Shown here piece after piece: positions 7,512-16,644 of a stretch of DNA of 39,683 nucleotides (positions are counted from its first letter, which is position 1; each line of letters begins with the position of its first letter). The notes under the pieces are model-generated. The model had not been told where the DNA came from, searched no databases, and saw nothing but the letters and a program-made list of their open reading frames with translations. This DNA comes from Candidatus Woesearchaeota archaeon. Lineage in GTDB: Archaea > Nanobdellota > Nanobdellia > Woesearchaeales > 21-14-0-10-32-9. A program made the position numbers and the translations under genes. Where the stretch lies: NCBI GenBank assembly GCA_007117755.1, contig SKFY01000039.1:1-39683 (forward strand), written 5' to 3'.

Positions 7512-8711
7512 TTGGGTTTGTTTGAACATGTTGAGAAAGATATTTCTTTTATAGGTAAAAAGTATATGGGTTTAAAAGATAAAGAGATTAGTTATTTGTT
7601 AACTCCTAAGAATATTGTCAGGTTTGAAGCGAATGGTTTTGAAGGTTATAGAGTTCAATTTAATAATGACCTGGGTCCTTTTAAGGGAGGTATTAGGTTT
7701 CATCAAGAAGTTGATGAATCAGAGGTTAAAAGTCTTGCTTTCTGGATGGTTATAAAATGCGCACTTAATAATGTTCCTTTCGGAGGCGGAAAAGGAGGCG
7801 TGAATGTTAATCCAAAAAATTTTTCTGAAAAAGAATATGAGGAATTAAGCCGAGCAGTGGTTAGGGCTTTAAAAAACGATATAGGTGTTGATAAAGATAT
7901 TCCCGCACCAGATGTTTATACAAATAGTCAAGTAATGGCGTGGATGAGAGACGAATACGAAAAAATCTTTGGAAAACAAGAGCCTGGAGTAGTGACTGGA
8001 AAACCTATAGAATTAGGAGGGAGTAAAGGAAGAAGTGAAAGTACGTCACAAGGAGGGATTTACGTTTTGAAAGAAGTTTTGAAAAGAGAAGGAATCAAAG
8101 ATCCTAGGATAGGCATAGAGGGTTTTGGAAATGCAGGTATGAATGCAGCAAAGATATTAAGAAATCAAAGATACAAAGTGGTTTGTGTTTCTGATAGTAC
8201 AGGAGCTGTTTATAATAAAAGAGGTTTAGATATTAGTAAATTAATCAAGTATAAACAAGCCAAAGGGAAATTTGAAAATTATGAAGAAGATACCGTTATT
8301 AAAAAAGAAGATTTGATAGAACAAGACTTGGACGTTCTTATACCCGCAGCTATGGCCGAGAGTATTAATAAAGATAATGCTCATAAAGTTAAAGCTAAAA
8401 TAATTTTAGAACTCGCAAACGGGCCTTTAACTAAAGAAGCGGACGATATCCTAAAAGATAAAGCCTTAATCATACCAGACATATTAGCTAATTCAGGAGG
8501 AGTAATAGTTAGTTATTTTGAATGGATACAAAATAAAACAGGAGAGTACTGGACCGAAGAAGAAGTTCAAAATAAATTAAAAGAAAAAATATTAGGGACT
8601 TTAAAAGAACTTTATAACGAACAAGAAAAAGACGTGAGTATGAGAATAACAGCTTATAAAAAAGGAATAAGAAAAGTTTTGAAAGCAGCAAAGCTTAGAG
8701 GTGCACTATGA
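7512..8711 (+). CDS. gdhA: Glu/Leu/Phe/Val dehydrogenase (glutamate dehydrogenase type)
   Basis: GPFKGGIRF, GGGKGG, DIPAPD, VTGKP..LGGS.GR, GFGNAG, ELANGP, PDILANSGGV..SYFEW; TTG start. Confidence 0.92.
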   Translation: MGLFEHVEKDISFIGKKYMGLKDKEISYLLTPKNIVRFEANGFEGYRVQFNNDLGPFKGGIRFHQEVDESEVKSLAFWMVIKCALNNVPFGGGKGGVNVNPKNFSEKEYEELSRAVVRALKNDIGVDKDIPAPDVYTNSQVMAWMRDEYEKIFGKQEPGVVTGKPIELGGSKGRSESTSQGGIYVLKEVLKREGIKDPRIGIEGFGNAGMNAAKILRNQRYKVVCVSDSTGAVYNKRGLDISKLIKYKQAKGKFENYEEDTVIKKEDLIEQDLDVLIPAAMAESINKDNAHKVKAKIILELANGPLTKEADDILKDKALIIPDILANSGGVIVSYFEWIQNKTGEYWTEEEVQNKLKEKILGTLKELYNEQEKDVSMRITAYKKGIRKVLKAAKLRGAL

Positions 8712-9307
8712 GTTATGAACAATTGTACACGCCAGGATACTTAGAAGTTTTTTGCGGACCTATGAAGAGTGGAAAAACACTTGAGTTAATACACAGAATT
8801 AATAAACTCGAGTACAGAGATGATGTTAATTTTGTTTTTTTTAAACCAAGCATAGATACAAGGGATAAAACTATCAAGAGTAGATTTGAAACTAAGATTT
8901 TCGAATGTGTTTTTGTTAAAGAAAACGATTTTAATGATTTGTTTAATAATTACAAAGGAGAAGAAGTTGTAGCTATAGATGAAGCACATTTTTTTGAAAA
9001 AGAAGTTTTAATAAAATTCGTTAATTATTTGCTAAAAAATAACAAGAATGTCTTAATAGCCGGATTAGAACTTGATTTTAGAGGAGAGCCTTTTGGTGCA
9101 ATGCCAGAGATTATATGTATGGCTGATAAGATTTACAAATTATCAGGAATATGTGATGTGAAAGGTTGTAATAATATAGCTCGTATGACTCAAAGATTAG
9201 TTAATGGAAAACCAGCTCATTACAGCAGTCCTTTAATATTAATAGGAGATGCTGAGGAAGGATACGAGACTAGGTGTAGAAAACACCACGCTGTTAAGAG
9301 GGATTAA
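8708..9307 (+). CDS. tdk: Thymidine kinase (TK1 type)
   Basis: GPMKSGKT, FKPSIDTR, IDEAHF, GLELDFRGEPFG, Zn ligands C..C and YETRCRKH; ATGA overlap with gdh. Confidence 0.93.
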   Translation: MSYEQLYTPGYLEVFCGPMKSGKTLELIHRINKLEYRDDVNFVFFKPSIDTRDKTIKSRFETKIFECVFVKENDFNDLFNNYKGEEVVAIDEAHFFEKEVLIKFVNYLLKNNKNVLIAGLELDFRGEPFGAMPEIICMADKIYKLSGICDVKGCNNIARMTQRLVNGKPAHYSSPLILIGDAEEGYETRCRKHHAVKRD

Positions 9308-9336
9308 AAATTATAAATGAATATTCTAAAGATGAA

Positions 9337-10830
9337 GTGTCAAATTTTGTTATTGATACACTAGTTAATAAAAATAAACAAATACTAGTTTTTGTTTCAA
9401 CAAAGAGATCAGCTGAGGCAGTGGCTGATAAGATTTTATCAGAGTCAAAAAATTTCTTAAAAGAAGAATACGAAGATTTAGAAAAAAGCATTTTAAGTGC
9501 TTTGAGCAGTCCTACAAAGCAATGTCGCAGGCTTGCAAGACTTGTTAAAAGAGGAGTTAGTTTTCATCATAGCGGTCTTAATAGTAAACAGAGAAGTCTT
9601 GTTGAGAGGGAATTCAAAAAAGGACGTATAAAAGTTATATGCGCGACACCTACCTTAGCAGCAGGCGTTGATATACCTGCGTATAGAGTTTTAATAAGAG
9701 ATACTAAAAGATTTACGGATAGAGGCATGGTTTCTATTCCTGTCTTGGAGTATGAACAGATGAGTGGAAGAGCTGGAAGACCTAGTTATGATAAAATAGG
9801 AGAGTCTTTAATCTTGGCTAAAAGCATAGAGGAAAGAGAAAATCTTTGGCATAAATACGTTATGGGAGAACCTGAAGATATTATTTCTAAATTAGCAGTG
9901 GAGCCTGTTCTTAGAATTTACACTCTTAGTTTAATAGCGACTAAGTATGTTTCTAACTTTTCAGAGCTTAAAAAATTTATGTCTCGTACTTTTTATGCAT
10001 CACAATACGGGGATTATAAATCCTTAGAACATAATTTAGGAGGAATTTTAAGATCTTTAGAGAAGTGGAATTTTGTAGTTACAGAAAATAAAAAAAGTGA
10101 TTTTGTGAGTGCTAATAAATTAGATGATGACTATTCTTTGAAACCAACATCTTTAGGAGTTAGGGTTTCTCAATTATATCTGGATCCTTTAACAGCTAAT
10201 GATTTGATAAGAGGCTTAGAAAGTGGTGATAAAGGATATTTTGCCTTATTAAATCTTATTTGTTACACTATTGAGATGAAACCATATTTTAGACTTAGAA
10301 AAAAAGATTATGAGTTAGTGCAAGAAAAATTAATTAAAGAAGAGTTTATGTTTGAAGAACCTGACGAGTTCAGTATTGAGTATGATGATTTTTTAGATAG
10401 TTTGAAAACCAGTATTGTTTTAGAATCATGGATTGAAGAAGCTAGTGAAGAAAAAATCTATGAAGATTACGGAGTTAGTCCAGGAGAGCTACAAATGAAA
10501 CTTGAAAGAGGAGATTGGTTATTATATGCTTGTTCAGAGTTTTGTAGGATGAAAGGTTTGAAAGATGTTTTTAATAGAGTTAATAAGTTAAGAAGCAGGT
10601 TCAAAAACGGTGTTAAAGAAGAATTATTAGTTTTGCTAAAACTTAAAAATATAGGGCGGGTGAGAGCAAGAAAGCTGTTTAACAAAGGTTTTACTGATTT
10701 AAAGTCCTTAAAAAAAACCAAGCCTTCAGAACTAAAGTCTTTACTTGGAGAAAAAACTGGTTTGAATGTTATGAAACAATTAGGAATTAGCAATGAAGAA
10801 GATACTAAATTATTTTTTTCAAACCAATAA
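9337..10830 (+). CDS. Hel308-type SF2 helicase, C-terminal part only (RecA2, WH, ratchet, HhH); split gene or remnant
   Basis: LVFVSTKRSAE, FHHSGL, CATPTLAAGVD.PA, QMSGRAGRP.YD, LYLDPLTA, IGRVRARKLF; no Walker A, DExH or SAT; in-frame stop at 9295-9297. Confidence 0.85.
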   Translation: MSNFVIDTLVNKNKQILVFVSTKRSAEAVADKILSESKNFLKEEYEDLEKSILSALSSPTKQCRRLARLVKRGVSFHHSGLNSKQRSLVEREFKKGRIKVICATPTLAAGVDIPAYRVLIRDTKRFTDRGMVSIPVLEYEQMSGRAGRPSYDKIGESLILAKSIEERENLWHKYVMGEPEDIISKLAVEPVLRIYTLSLIATKYVSNFSELKKFMSRTFYASQYGDYKSLEHNLGGILRSLEKWNFVVTENKKSDFVSANKLDDDYSLKPTSLGVRVSQLYLDPLTANDLIRGLESGDKGYFALLNLICYTIEMKPYFRLRKKDYELVQEKLIKEEFMFEEPDEFSIEYDDFLDSLKTSIVLESWIEEASEEKIYEDYGVSPGELQMKLERGDWLLYACSEFCRMKGLKDVFNRVNKLRSRFKNGVKEELLVLLKLKNIGRVRARKLFNKGFTDLKSLKKTKPSELKSLLGEKTGLNVMKQLGISNEEDTKLFFSNQ

Positions 10831-10868
10831 TTTTATTTAAAGAAAGATAATTACTTTTTTTAATCAAC

Positions 10869-11819
10869 ATGATACTTAAACAAATACCAGAAGATTTTAT
10901 AGTTATTGAAATACCTAATGATTTTTCAGGAGAAGGACCATACCAGATTTATGAACTGACCAAAGTTAATTATAATACTGAAGACGCTGTAGAAGCAGTT
11001 GTTAAAGCTCTAGGTATTAAAAGAAAACAAGTTAGTTACGCAGGTAATAAGGATCGTAACGCCATAACAAAACAATTTATTTCTTTAAAAAAAGTCTCTA
11101 AAGAAAAAGTCGAAAGCATTAATTTGAAAGACATACAACTTGTTTTTAAAGGATATAGTAATAAACCAGTTTATTTAGGAGATTTGAAAGGTAATAAATT
11201 TGAGATAACCATAAGAGGTTTGAAAGAAAAAATAAATATAGAAAAAAATGTTAAAATACCTAATTTTTATGACACACAAAGATTTTCCGAATATAACCAT
11301 ATTATAGGAAAAGCATTAATTAAAAGAGATTTTGAAAAAGCAACTAATTACATAATTAAGAGTAGTACTAAGTACGGAAAAGTAATGAGAACTCATTTAG
11401 ACAATAATCCTAATGACTACGTTAATGCTTTAAAGAAAATACCCACCAGGGTTTTACAAATATATCTTTATTCTTATCAAAGCTTTTTATGGAATAAACT
11501 AGCAAATAAAAATTTAGGAGAAGAAAATAATTTTTTACCAATACCCGGATTCGGAACAGAAACAAAGGATTATAAAGATATTTTTAAGGAAGAAGAAATA
11601 AATGAGAGAGATTTTATCCTAAGAGAATTCCCAGAGATAAGTATGGAAGGTAGTCAAAGAAAACTATACAGCGAAGTAAATGATTTACGCATAAGTGATT
11701 ATGAAAAGGATGATTTGAACCCAGGATATAAATTAAAAATAAGCTTTAGCCTAGGAAAAGGCAGCTACGCAACAATGGTAGTTAAGCATTTGTTAAAGAA
11801 TGGGTCCTCTGGGATTTGA
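10869..11819 (+). CDS. truD: tRNA pseudouridine-13 synthase (compact)
   Basis: LKQ.PEDF.V.E, YAGNKDRNAITKQ (catalytic Asp), GNKFEITIR, PNFY..QRF, SYQSFLWN, F.L.KGSYAT. Confidence 0.93.
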   Translation: MILKQIPEDFIVIEIPNDFSGEGPYQIYELTKVNYNTEDAVEAVVKALGIKRKQVSYAGNKDRNAITKQFISLKKVSKEKVESINLKDIQLVFKGYSNKPVYLGDLKGNKFEITIRGLKEKINIEKNVKIPNFYDTQRFSEYNHIIGKALIKRDFEKATNYIIKSSTKYGKVMRTHLDNNPNDYVNALKKIPTRVLQIYLYSYQSFLWNKLANKNLGEENNFLPIPGFGTETKDYKDIFKEEEINERDFILREFPEISMEGSQRKLYSEVNDLRISDYEKDDLNPGYKLKISFSLGKGSYATMVVKHLLKNGSSGI

Positions 11820-11874
11820 ACCCAGGACACCACGGTCTTCAGCCGTGCGCTCTCCCAGACTGAGCTAAGGACCC
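11801..11874 (-). tRNA. tRNA-Phe(GAA)
   Basis: Minus strand GGGTCCT..GCTC AGTCTGGGA GAGC G CACGG CT GAA GA CCGTG..CTGGG TTCAAAT CCCAG AGGACCC A. Confidence 0.95.
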
Positions 11875-11907
11875 TTCAGAGAAAAGATAAAAAAGGTTTC
11901 TTTTATA

Positions 11908-12201
11908 TTATTTTTCATTTTTAATAATAAGAGAACCTTTATTCCCAACAGTAATTTGTAAGTTACCCCTATAATCCTTGACTTTAGCATTTTTTATCTC
12001 TACCAAATCACCTTCTTTAATATTTTCAGTCTGACCATCCCATAAAGTTAAATCTATACAACCAGTACTATCTTGTATAACAGCTATAGCTATTTTTCCA
12101 GGCTCGCCCATCCTAGGAAAAGTTTTTACAGGACTTAATTCTTTGACTTTAGCATTCAAAGTCGTTATTTTTTTACCAATATCAATGTCTTTTATATACA
12201 T
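11908..12201 (-). CDS. Single OB-fold ssDNA-binding protein (SSB/RPA-like)
   Basis: AVIQDSTG.I.LTLWD, EGD.VEI.NA.VKDYRG.LQI.VG. Confidence 0.88.
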   Translation of the reverse strand: MYIKDIDIGKKITTLNAKVKELSPVKTFPRMGEPGKIAIAVIQDSTGCIDLTLWDGQTENIKEGDLVEIKNAKVKDYRGNLQITVGNKGSLIIKNEK

Positions 12202-12259
12202 ACTTATAATAATAAAATAAAATATTTATAAACATTGGCTTTTATACATTTAAATTAAG

Positions 12260-12892
12260 ATGGTGAAGATTATACCAACAATACTTACGAATAATAAAAA
12301 AGATTTCGAAGATAGATATAAAAAATTAAGTTTTAGCGATATGCTACAAATTGACTTTATGGATGGAAAATTTGTTAAGAATAAGTCAGTGAGTCTTGAA
12401 GAAATGCCTAGTTTTTTTAATAGAAGAGTGGAAGCCCATTTAATGGTGGAAAAACCTGAAGAATACATAAGTGCTTTGAAAAAGAAAGGATTTAAAAAAA
12501 TAATTTTTCACTATGAATCTTTTTCAGATAAATCAAAAATTAGGGATTTCGCCAAGGATTTGACAATTCAAGGTCTTAAACCAGTATTAGCGATAAATCC
12601 AGAAACTAAACTAGAAGATTTTTATGAATTAACAGGTTTATTCACAACTATAATGTTTTTAGGAGTTAATCCCGGAAAAGAAAATCAAGAGTTTCAAAAA
12701 AAGGTAATTGATAAAATTAAAAAATTAAGAGATAAAGATGATAAGATTTTAATCCAAGTTGATGGAGGAGTAAATCCCCAAACCGCAAAGAATTTGAAAG
12801 GTTTAGTCAATATTGTTAATTCAGGCTCATATATTAGTGAAAATGAAGATCCAGAGAAAGCTTTTAACAATCTTAGAAAGGTGTTTGAATGA
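12260..12892 (+). CDS. rpe: Ribulose-phosphate 3-epimerase
   Basis: IDFMDGKFV.N, EAHLMV..P, FHYE, AINPET, V.PG...Q.F, QVDGGVN. Confidence 0.9.
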   Translation: MVKIIPTILTNNKKDFEDRYKKLSFSDMLQIDFMDGKFVKNKSVSLEEMPSFFNRRVEAHLMVEKPEEYISALKKKGFKKIIFHYESFSDKSKIRDFAKDLTIQGLKPVLAINPETKLEDFYELTGLFTTIMFLGVNPGKENQEFQKKVIDKIKKLRDKDDKILIQVDGGVNPQTAKNLKGLVNIVNSGSYISENEDPEKAFNNLRKVFE

Positions 12893-13698
12893 AAAAGAAA
12901 GATTTGACAAAAAAATGCAAAGATATTAGGATAAAACTATTGAAAACATTAAACAAAGCAGGATCAGGACATACCGCAGGTCCTTTAGGAATGACAGAAG
13001 TGTTTACTTTTTTATATAACGATTTTTTAAAAATTAATCCAAAAAAACCAAAAGATCCAAAGAGAGATTATCTTATTTTATCCAACGGACATATTTGTCC
13101 TATACAGTACGTAGTCATGTCCGATAAAGGATTTTTTCCAGAGAAAGAACTTTATACTTTGAGAAAACTTAATTCTAGATTACAAGGACACCCACATAGA
13201 GAAGCCTTACCAGGATTAGAAACTACTTCAGGACCATTAGGTAGCGGATTAAGCCAAGCATGCGGAATAGCACTGGGTTTGAAAAGAGATAATAAAAAAA
13301 ATAAAGTTGTTTGCCTTACTAGTGACGGTGAACACGAAGAAGGAAATACGTGGGAAGCAATTTTATTCGCAGCAAAATACGACCTTAATAATCTTATACA
13401 AATAATAGATAGAAATAATATACAAATAGACGGTTATACAGAGGATATTATGCCTTTAAATAGCTTGTCAGAAAAGTATAAAAGTTTTAATTGGAACGTT
13501 ATCGAAATAGACGGTAATAATATTAAGCAGATAGAAAAAGCTTTGATAAACGCGGATAAGAAAAAAACAAAACCCACAGTTATAATAGCTAATACTGTTC
13601 CAGGAAAAGGAGTTAGTTTCATGGAAAACAAATATGAATGGCACGGTAAAGTACCCAATGACGAAGAATTGAAGAAGGCATTAGAGGAATTGAAATGA
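12889..13698 (+). CDS. Transketolase, N-terminal (TPP-binding) subunit
   Basis: SGH, LSNGH, LQGHP, GPLGSGLS, SDGE..EG..WEA, N..QIDG, WHGK. Confidence 0.93.
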   Translation: MKKKDLTKKCKDIRIKLLKTLNKAGSGHTAGPLGMTEVFTFLYNDFLKINPKKPKDPKRDYLILSNGHICPIQYVVMSDKGFFPEKELYTLRKLNSRLQGHPHREALPGLETTSGPLGSGLSQACGIALGLKRDNKKNKVVCLTSDGEHEEGNTWEAILFAAKYDLNNLIQIIDRNNIQIDGYTEDIMPLNSLSEKYKSFNWNVIEIDGNNIKQIEKALINADKKKTKPTVIIANTVPGKGVSFMENKYEWHGKVPNDEELKKALEELK

Positions 13699-14630
13699 AG
13701 AAAGATTCTACACGAGCAGGATTTGGAAGAGGACTGGCTAAATTAGGCGAGAAAAACAAAAATGTATACGCACTCACAGCAGACCTAGGAGGAAGTACTA
13801 ATCTTACTAGTTTTAAAAAAGAATTTCCTGAACGCTTTGTACAAGTAGGAGTGGCTGAACAAAACCTAGTCACGGTAGCCAGTGGATTAGCACACATAGG
13901 TAAAATACCTTTCGCAACTACTTTTGCAGTGTTTAGCCCAGGAAGAACATGGGAACAAATAAGAACAACGATTTGCTATAATAATCAACCAGTTAAGATT
14001 TGTAGCACTCACTCAGGATTAGGAGTTGGTGAAGACGGAGCGACGCATCAAATGCTAGAAGACTTAGCATTAATGAGATCTTTACCTAATATGACAGTTA
14101 TACAACCATGCGATGGTTTGGAAGCTGAGAAAGCAGTTGAGAAAATTGCGAATCATGAAAAACCAGTTTATTTCAGGCTTAATAGACAAAAAACTAGTCT
14201 TTTAACAAATAAAAAAAGTAGTTTTGAAATAGGCAAAGCTAACATACTTAAAAAAGGAGAGCACATAACTTTAATAGGTATAGGTCCTGTATTAGTAGAA
14301 TCCTTGGAAGCGGCTAAAGAGCTGGAGGAAGAGGGTTTGTCAGTAGAAGTTATTAATATGCATACTTTAAAGCCATTAGATAAAAAAACAATCCTTAAGA
14401 GTATAAACAAGACAGATCTCGTCATTACAGTGGAAGATCATCAAGTCACAGGAGGTTTGGGAAGTAGCGTCGCGGAGTTTCTCAGCCAAGTTAAGCCCAC
14501 TCCTATGAAGATGTTAGGCGTGGAAGATACTTTTGGAGAGAGTGGGAGTTTTGAAGAGTTGTATGATAAATATGGCTTGTCAAAGGACAAGATTAAAAAG
14601 AGTATAAAAAAATTTGTTGAAGAAGCTTGA
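13695..14630 (+). CDS. Transketolase, C-terminal subunit
   Basis: ADLGGST, GVAEQNL, GEDGATHQ..EDLA.MR..PN, LKPLD, VEDH...GGLGS, FGESG. Confidence 0.93.
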   Translation: MKKDSTRAGFGRGLAKLGEKNKNVYALTADLGGSTNLTSFKKEFPERFVQVGVAEQNLVTVASGLAHIGKIPFATTFAVFSPGRTWEQIRTTICYNNQPVKICSTHSGLGVGEDGATHQMLEDLALMRSLPNMTVIQPCDGLEAEKAVEKIANHEKPVYFRLNRQKTSLLTNKKSSFEIGKANILKKGEHITLIGIGPVLVESLEAAKELEEEGLSVEVINMHTLKPLDKKTILKSINKTDLVITVEDHQVTGGLGSSVAEFLSQVKPTPMKMLGVEDTFGESGSFEELYDKYGLSKDKIKKSIKKFVEEA

Positions 14631-14673
14631 ATAACAAAGAGCTGAAATTTTATTTGTCGATACTTTTAAATAC

Positions 14674-15378
14674 GTGAATAAGGTGCTTTCTAAAGTGTTT
14701 ACTAAAAAAAAAGTTAAGTTATTATTATTGGAAAGCTTGTTAATAGTTGTAGCTGTGTACGCAATTATTTTTTATCTTACAGATGTATTGGATCAGGAAA
14801 GATTTAAAGAGTTAGAGAATCAATTAACTGTTTCTTCTTTAAAACAAGAATCTAGATATGTTATGAATGATTTTTTCTCTACTTTTAGTGAGAATGAATG
14901 TGAATTAATGCGAAATAGTATTTATGAAGAATATGATTATGTTAAGGATTTGTTCAGCGACATAAATAGGTATGTCATGTCAGGCTTGGGAAGAAACGAG
15001 CCTAGATACTCAGTTAATAAAAGAGAATATACTTTAAACCAATTAGATATGCTTAATATGATTAATTTTTATAATGAAGGATGTGAAGATGCGAAGATTT
15101 ACCCCTTATTATATTTTAACGACGGGGAGTCAAGCGGTATAGATACACAAGGACTTATTCTTAGTCAGTTTTACGAGGAAACAACCGATGTTATTGTTTT
15201 AATATTTGATAAAAATTATGAAGATGAACAATTACTTGTGAAACTTAGGAATTATTACAATGTCACCCAAGCACCTTTTATTGTTTTTGGAGATAAAAAT
15301 ACTAAAGATTTTACTAATAATGATATAGTGTATTTGAGAACATTGAGAAATGAATATGATAATATGAAAAATATTTAA
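14674..15378 (+). CDS. Membrane-anchored hypothetical protein with a probable thioredoxin-like C-terminal domain (no CxxC)
   Basis: N-terminal TM, two lone Cys, LLYF...QG.IL...VIVLIFD...Y.V..APFIVF; paralogous to 16641-17276; start codon uncertain. Confidence 0.55.
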   Translation: MNKVLSKVFTKKKVKLLLLESLLIVVAVYAIIFYLTDVLDQERFKELENQLTVSSLKQESRYVMNDFFSTFSENECELMRNSIYEEYDYVKDLFSDINRYVMSGLGRNEPRYSVNKREYTLNQLDMLNMINFYNEGCEDAKIYPLLYFNDGESSGIDTQGLILSQFYEETTDVIVLIFDKNYEDEQLLVKLRNYYNVTQAPFIVFGDKNTKDFTNNDIVYLRTLRNEYDNMKNI

Positions 15379-15387
15379 TGAAAAAAA

Positions 15388-16644
15388 ATGGTACTTAACG
15401 TCTTATTACACACGGTTATATTCACAGGATTTTTCTTAGCAGTATTTTGGTTAGTGGCCTTGTTAAATGTTAAGGAGTATAAAAGACGTATAGAGAATTA
15501 TCCTTCTGTTACTATAATAATACCTGCATATAATGAAGAAGAAGGTGTGGGCAGAACTATAGAGTCTTGTAAAAATTTGGAGTACCCTGGAAAGTTAGAT
15601 ATTCTTGTTGTTAATGATGCTTCTAAAGATAGAACGCTTGAAAAAATAAAGAAGTATAAAGGTATTAAGATACTCGATAATAAAAAAAATGAAGGTAAAG
15701 CTTCAGCTTTGAATAAAGCGTTGAAAGAAGTTAAAACAGAATACTTCGCAGTGATGGATGCTGATTCTTTAGTAGATAGATACGCTTTAAGAAATGCTAT
15801 AAAATATTTTATTATTAAGGATGGAGATGAAGTTGGAAGTGTAATGACTAAGTTAAAGCCGGAGAATGAAAGTGGTAATTATTTAGAAAGAGTTCAATTA
15901 ATAGAGTATATGTTTGTGGGTTTAGTAAGGTATTTGTCTGCTTCTTTAAGACTTTTACATATAGCACCAGGAGTTATGAGTGTTTATAAAACAAGAGTTG
16001 TTAAAAAATTAAAAGGTTTTGACAAAACTAATTTGACAGAGGATTTTGAGTTAGCCGTTAGATTAAGAAAAAATGGTTATTTGATTAATTACGCACATGA
16101 CAGCTTAGGATATACTAAAGTACCTAATAATTTTAAAGTTTTTTTAAAGCAAAGACTAAGATGGGGTAGGGGATTTTTTAGAACTATATTTAAACATAAA
16201 GATATAATATTTAATAAAAAGAAAGGTTTGTTCGGGATTTATGAATTCCCTATGAATATAATAAGTCCTTTATTGTTTTTCGTAGCGGTTTTTATACTGA
16301 CCATAAATATTGTTAGAAGCGTCTACGAGTTTTTATTTAAATTAATAGTCACGCCAGACGTTATAAAATGGTTCGAGTTTAATTCTTTCAGGGAGATGAT
16401 GCTTTCTTTTAATTCCCTAATATCTTTACCTATACTCGCGAGTTTATTATTGGTATTATTGTTTATTTATTTCGTGTTTAAATTTTACGATCACAAATTC
16501 TTTGAAAGAGACAAATTTAAAAAAGTAATAGCATTAGTTACTTACGTATTCATTTATAGCTATATATACGTTTATTTATTTTCAAAAGCGTTTTACATGG
16601 AAGTTGTGAATAAAGAATATGATTGGGGTACTAAAAAAAGATGA
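15388..16644 (+). CDS. Processive GT2 glycosyltransferase (cellulose/PNAG/chitin synthase-like)
   Basis: IPAYNEE, NDASKD, GKASALN, DAD, TED, QRLRW (QxxRW); N- and C-terminal TM helices. Confidence 0.9.
   Translation: MVLNVLLHTVIFTGFFLAVFWLVALLNVKEYKRRIENYPSVTIIIPAYNEEEGVGRTIESCKNLEYPGKLDILVVNDASKDRTLEKIKKYKGIKILDNKKNEGKASALNKALKEVKTEYFAVMDADSLVDRYALRNAIKYFIIKDGDEVGSVMTKLKPENESGNYLERVQLIEYMFVGLVRYLSASLRLLHIAPGVMSVYKTRVVKKLKGFDKTNLTEDFELAVRLRKNGYLINYAHDSLGYTKVPNNFKVFLKQRLRWGRGFFRTIFKHKDIIFNKKKGLFGIYEFPMNIISPLLFFVAVFILTINIVRSVYEFLFKLIVTPDVIKWFEFNSFREMMLSFNSLISLPILASLLLVLLFIYFVFKFYDHKFFERDKFKKVIALVTYVFIYSYIYVYLFSKAFYMEVVNKEYDWGTKKR

Noticed and set aside
9317..9364. ATG 9317 as the helicase start
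   Set aside because: It is out of frame and closes after 15 codons, with no slippery site evident
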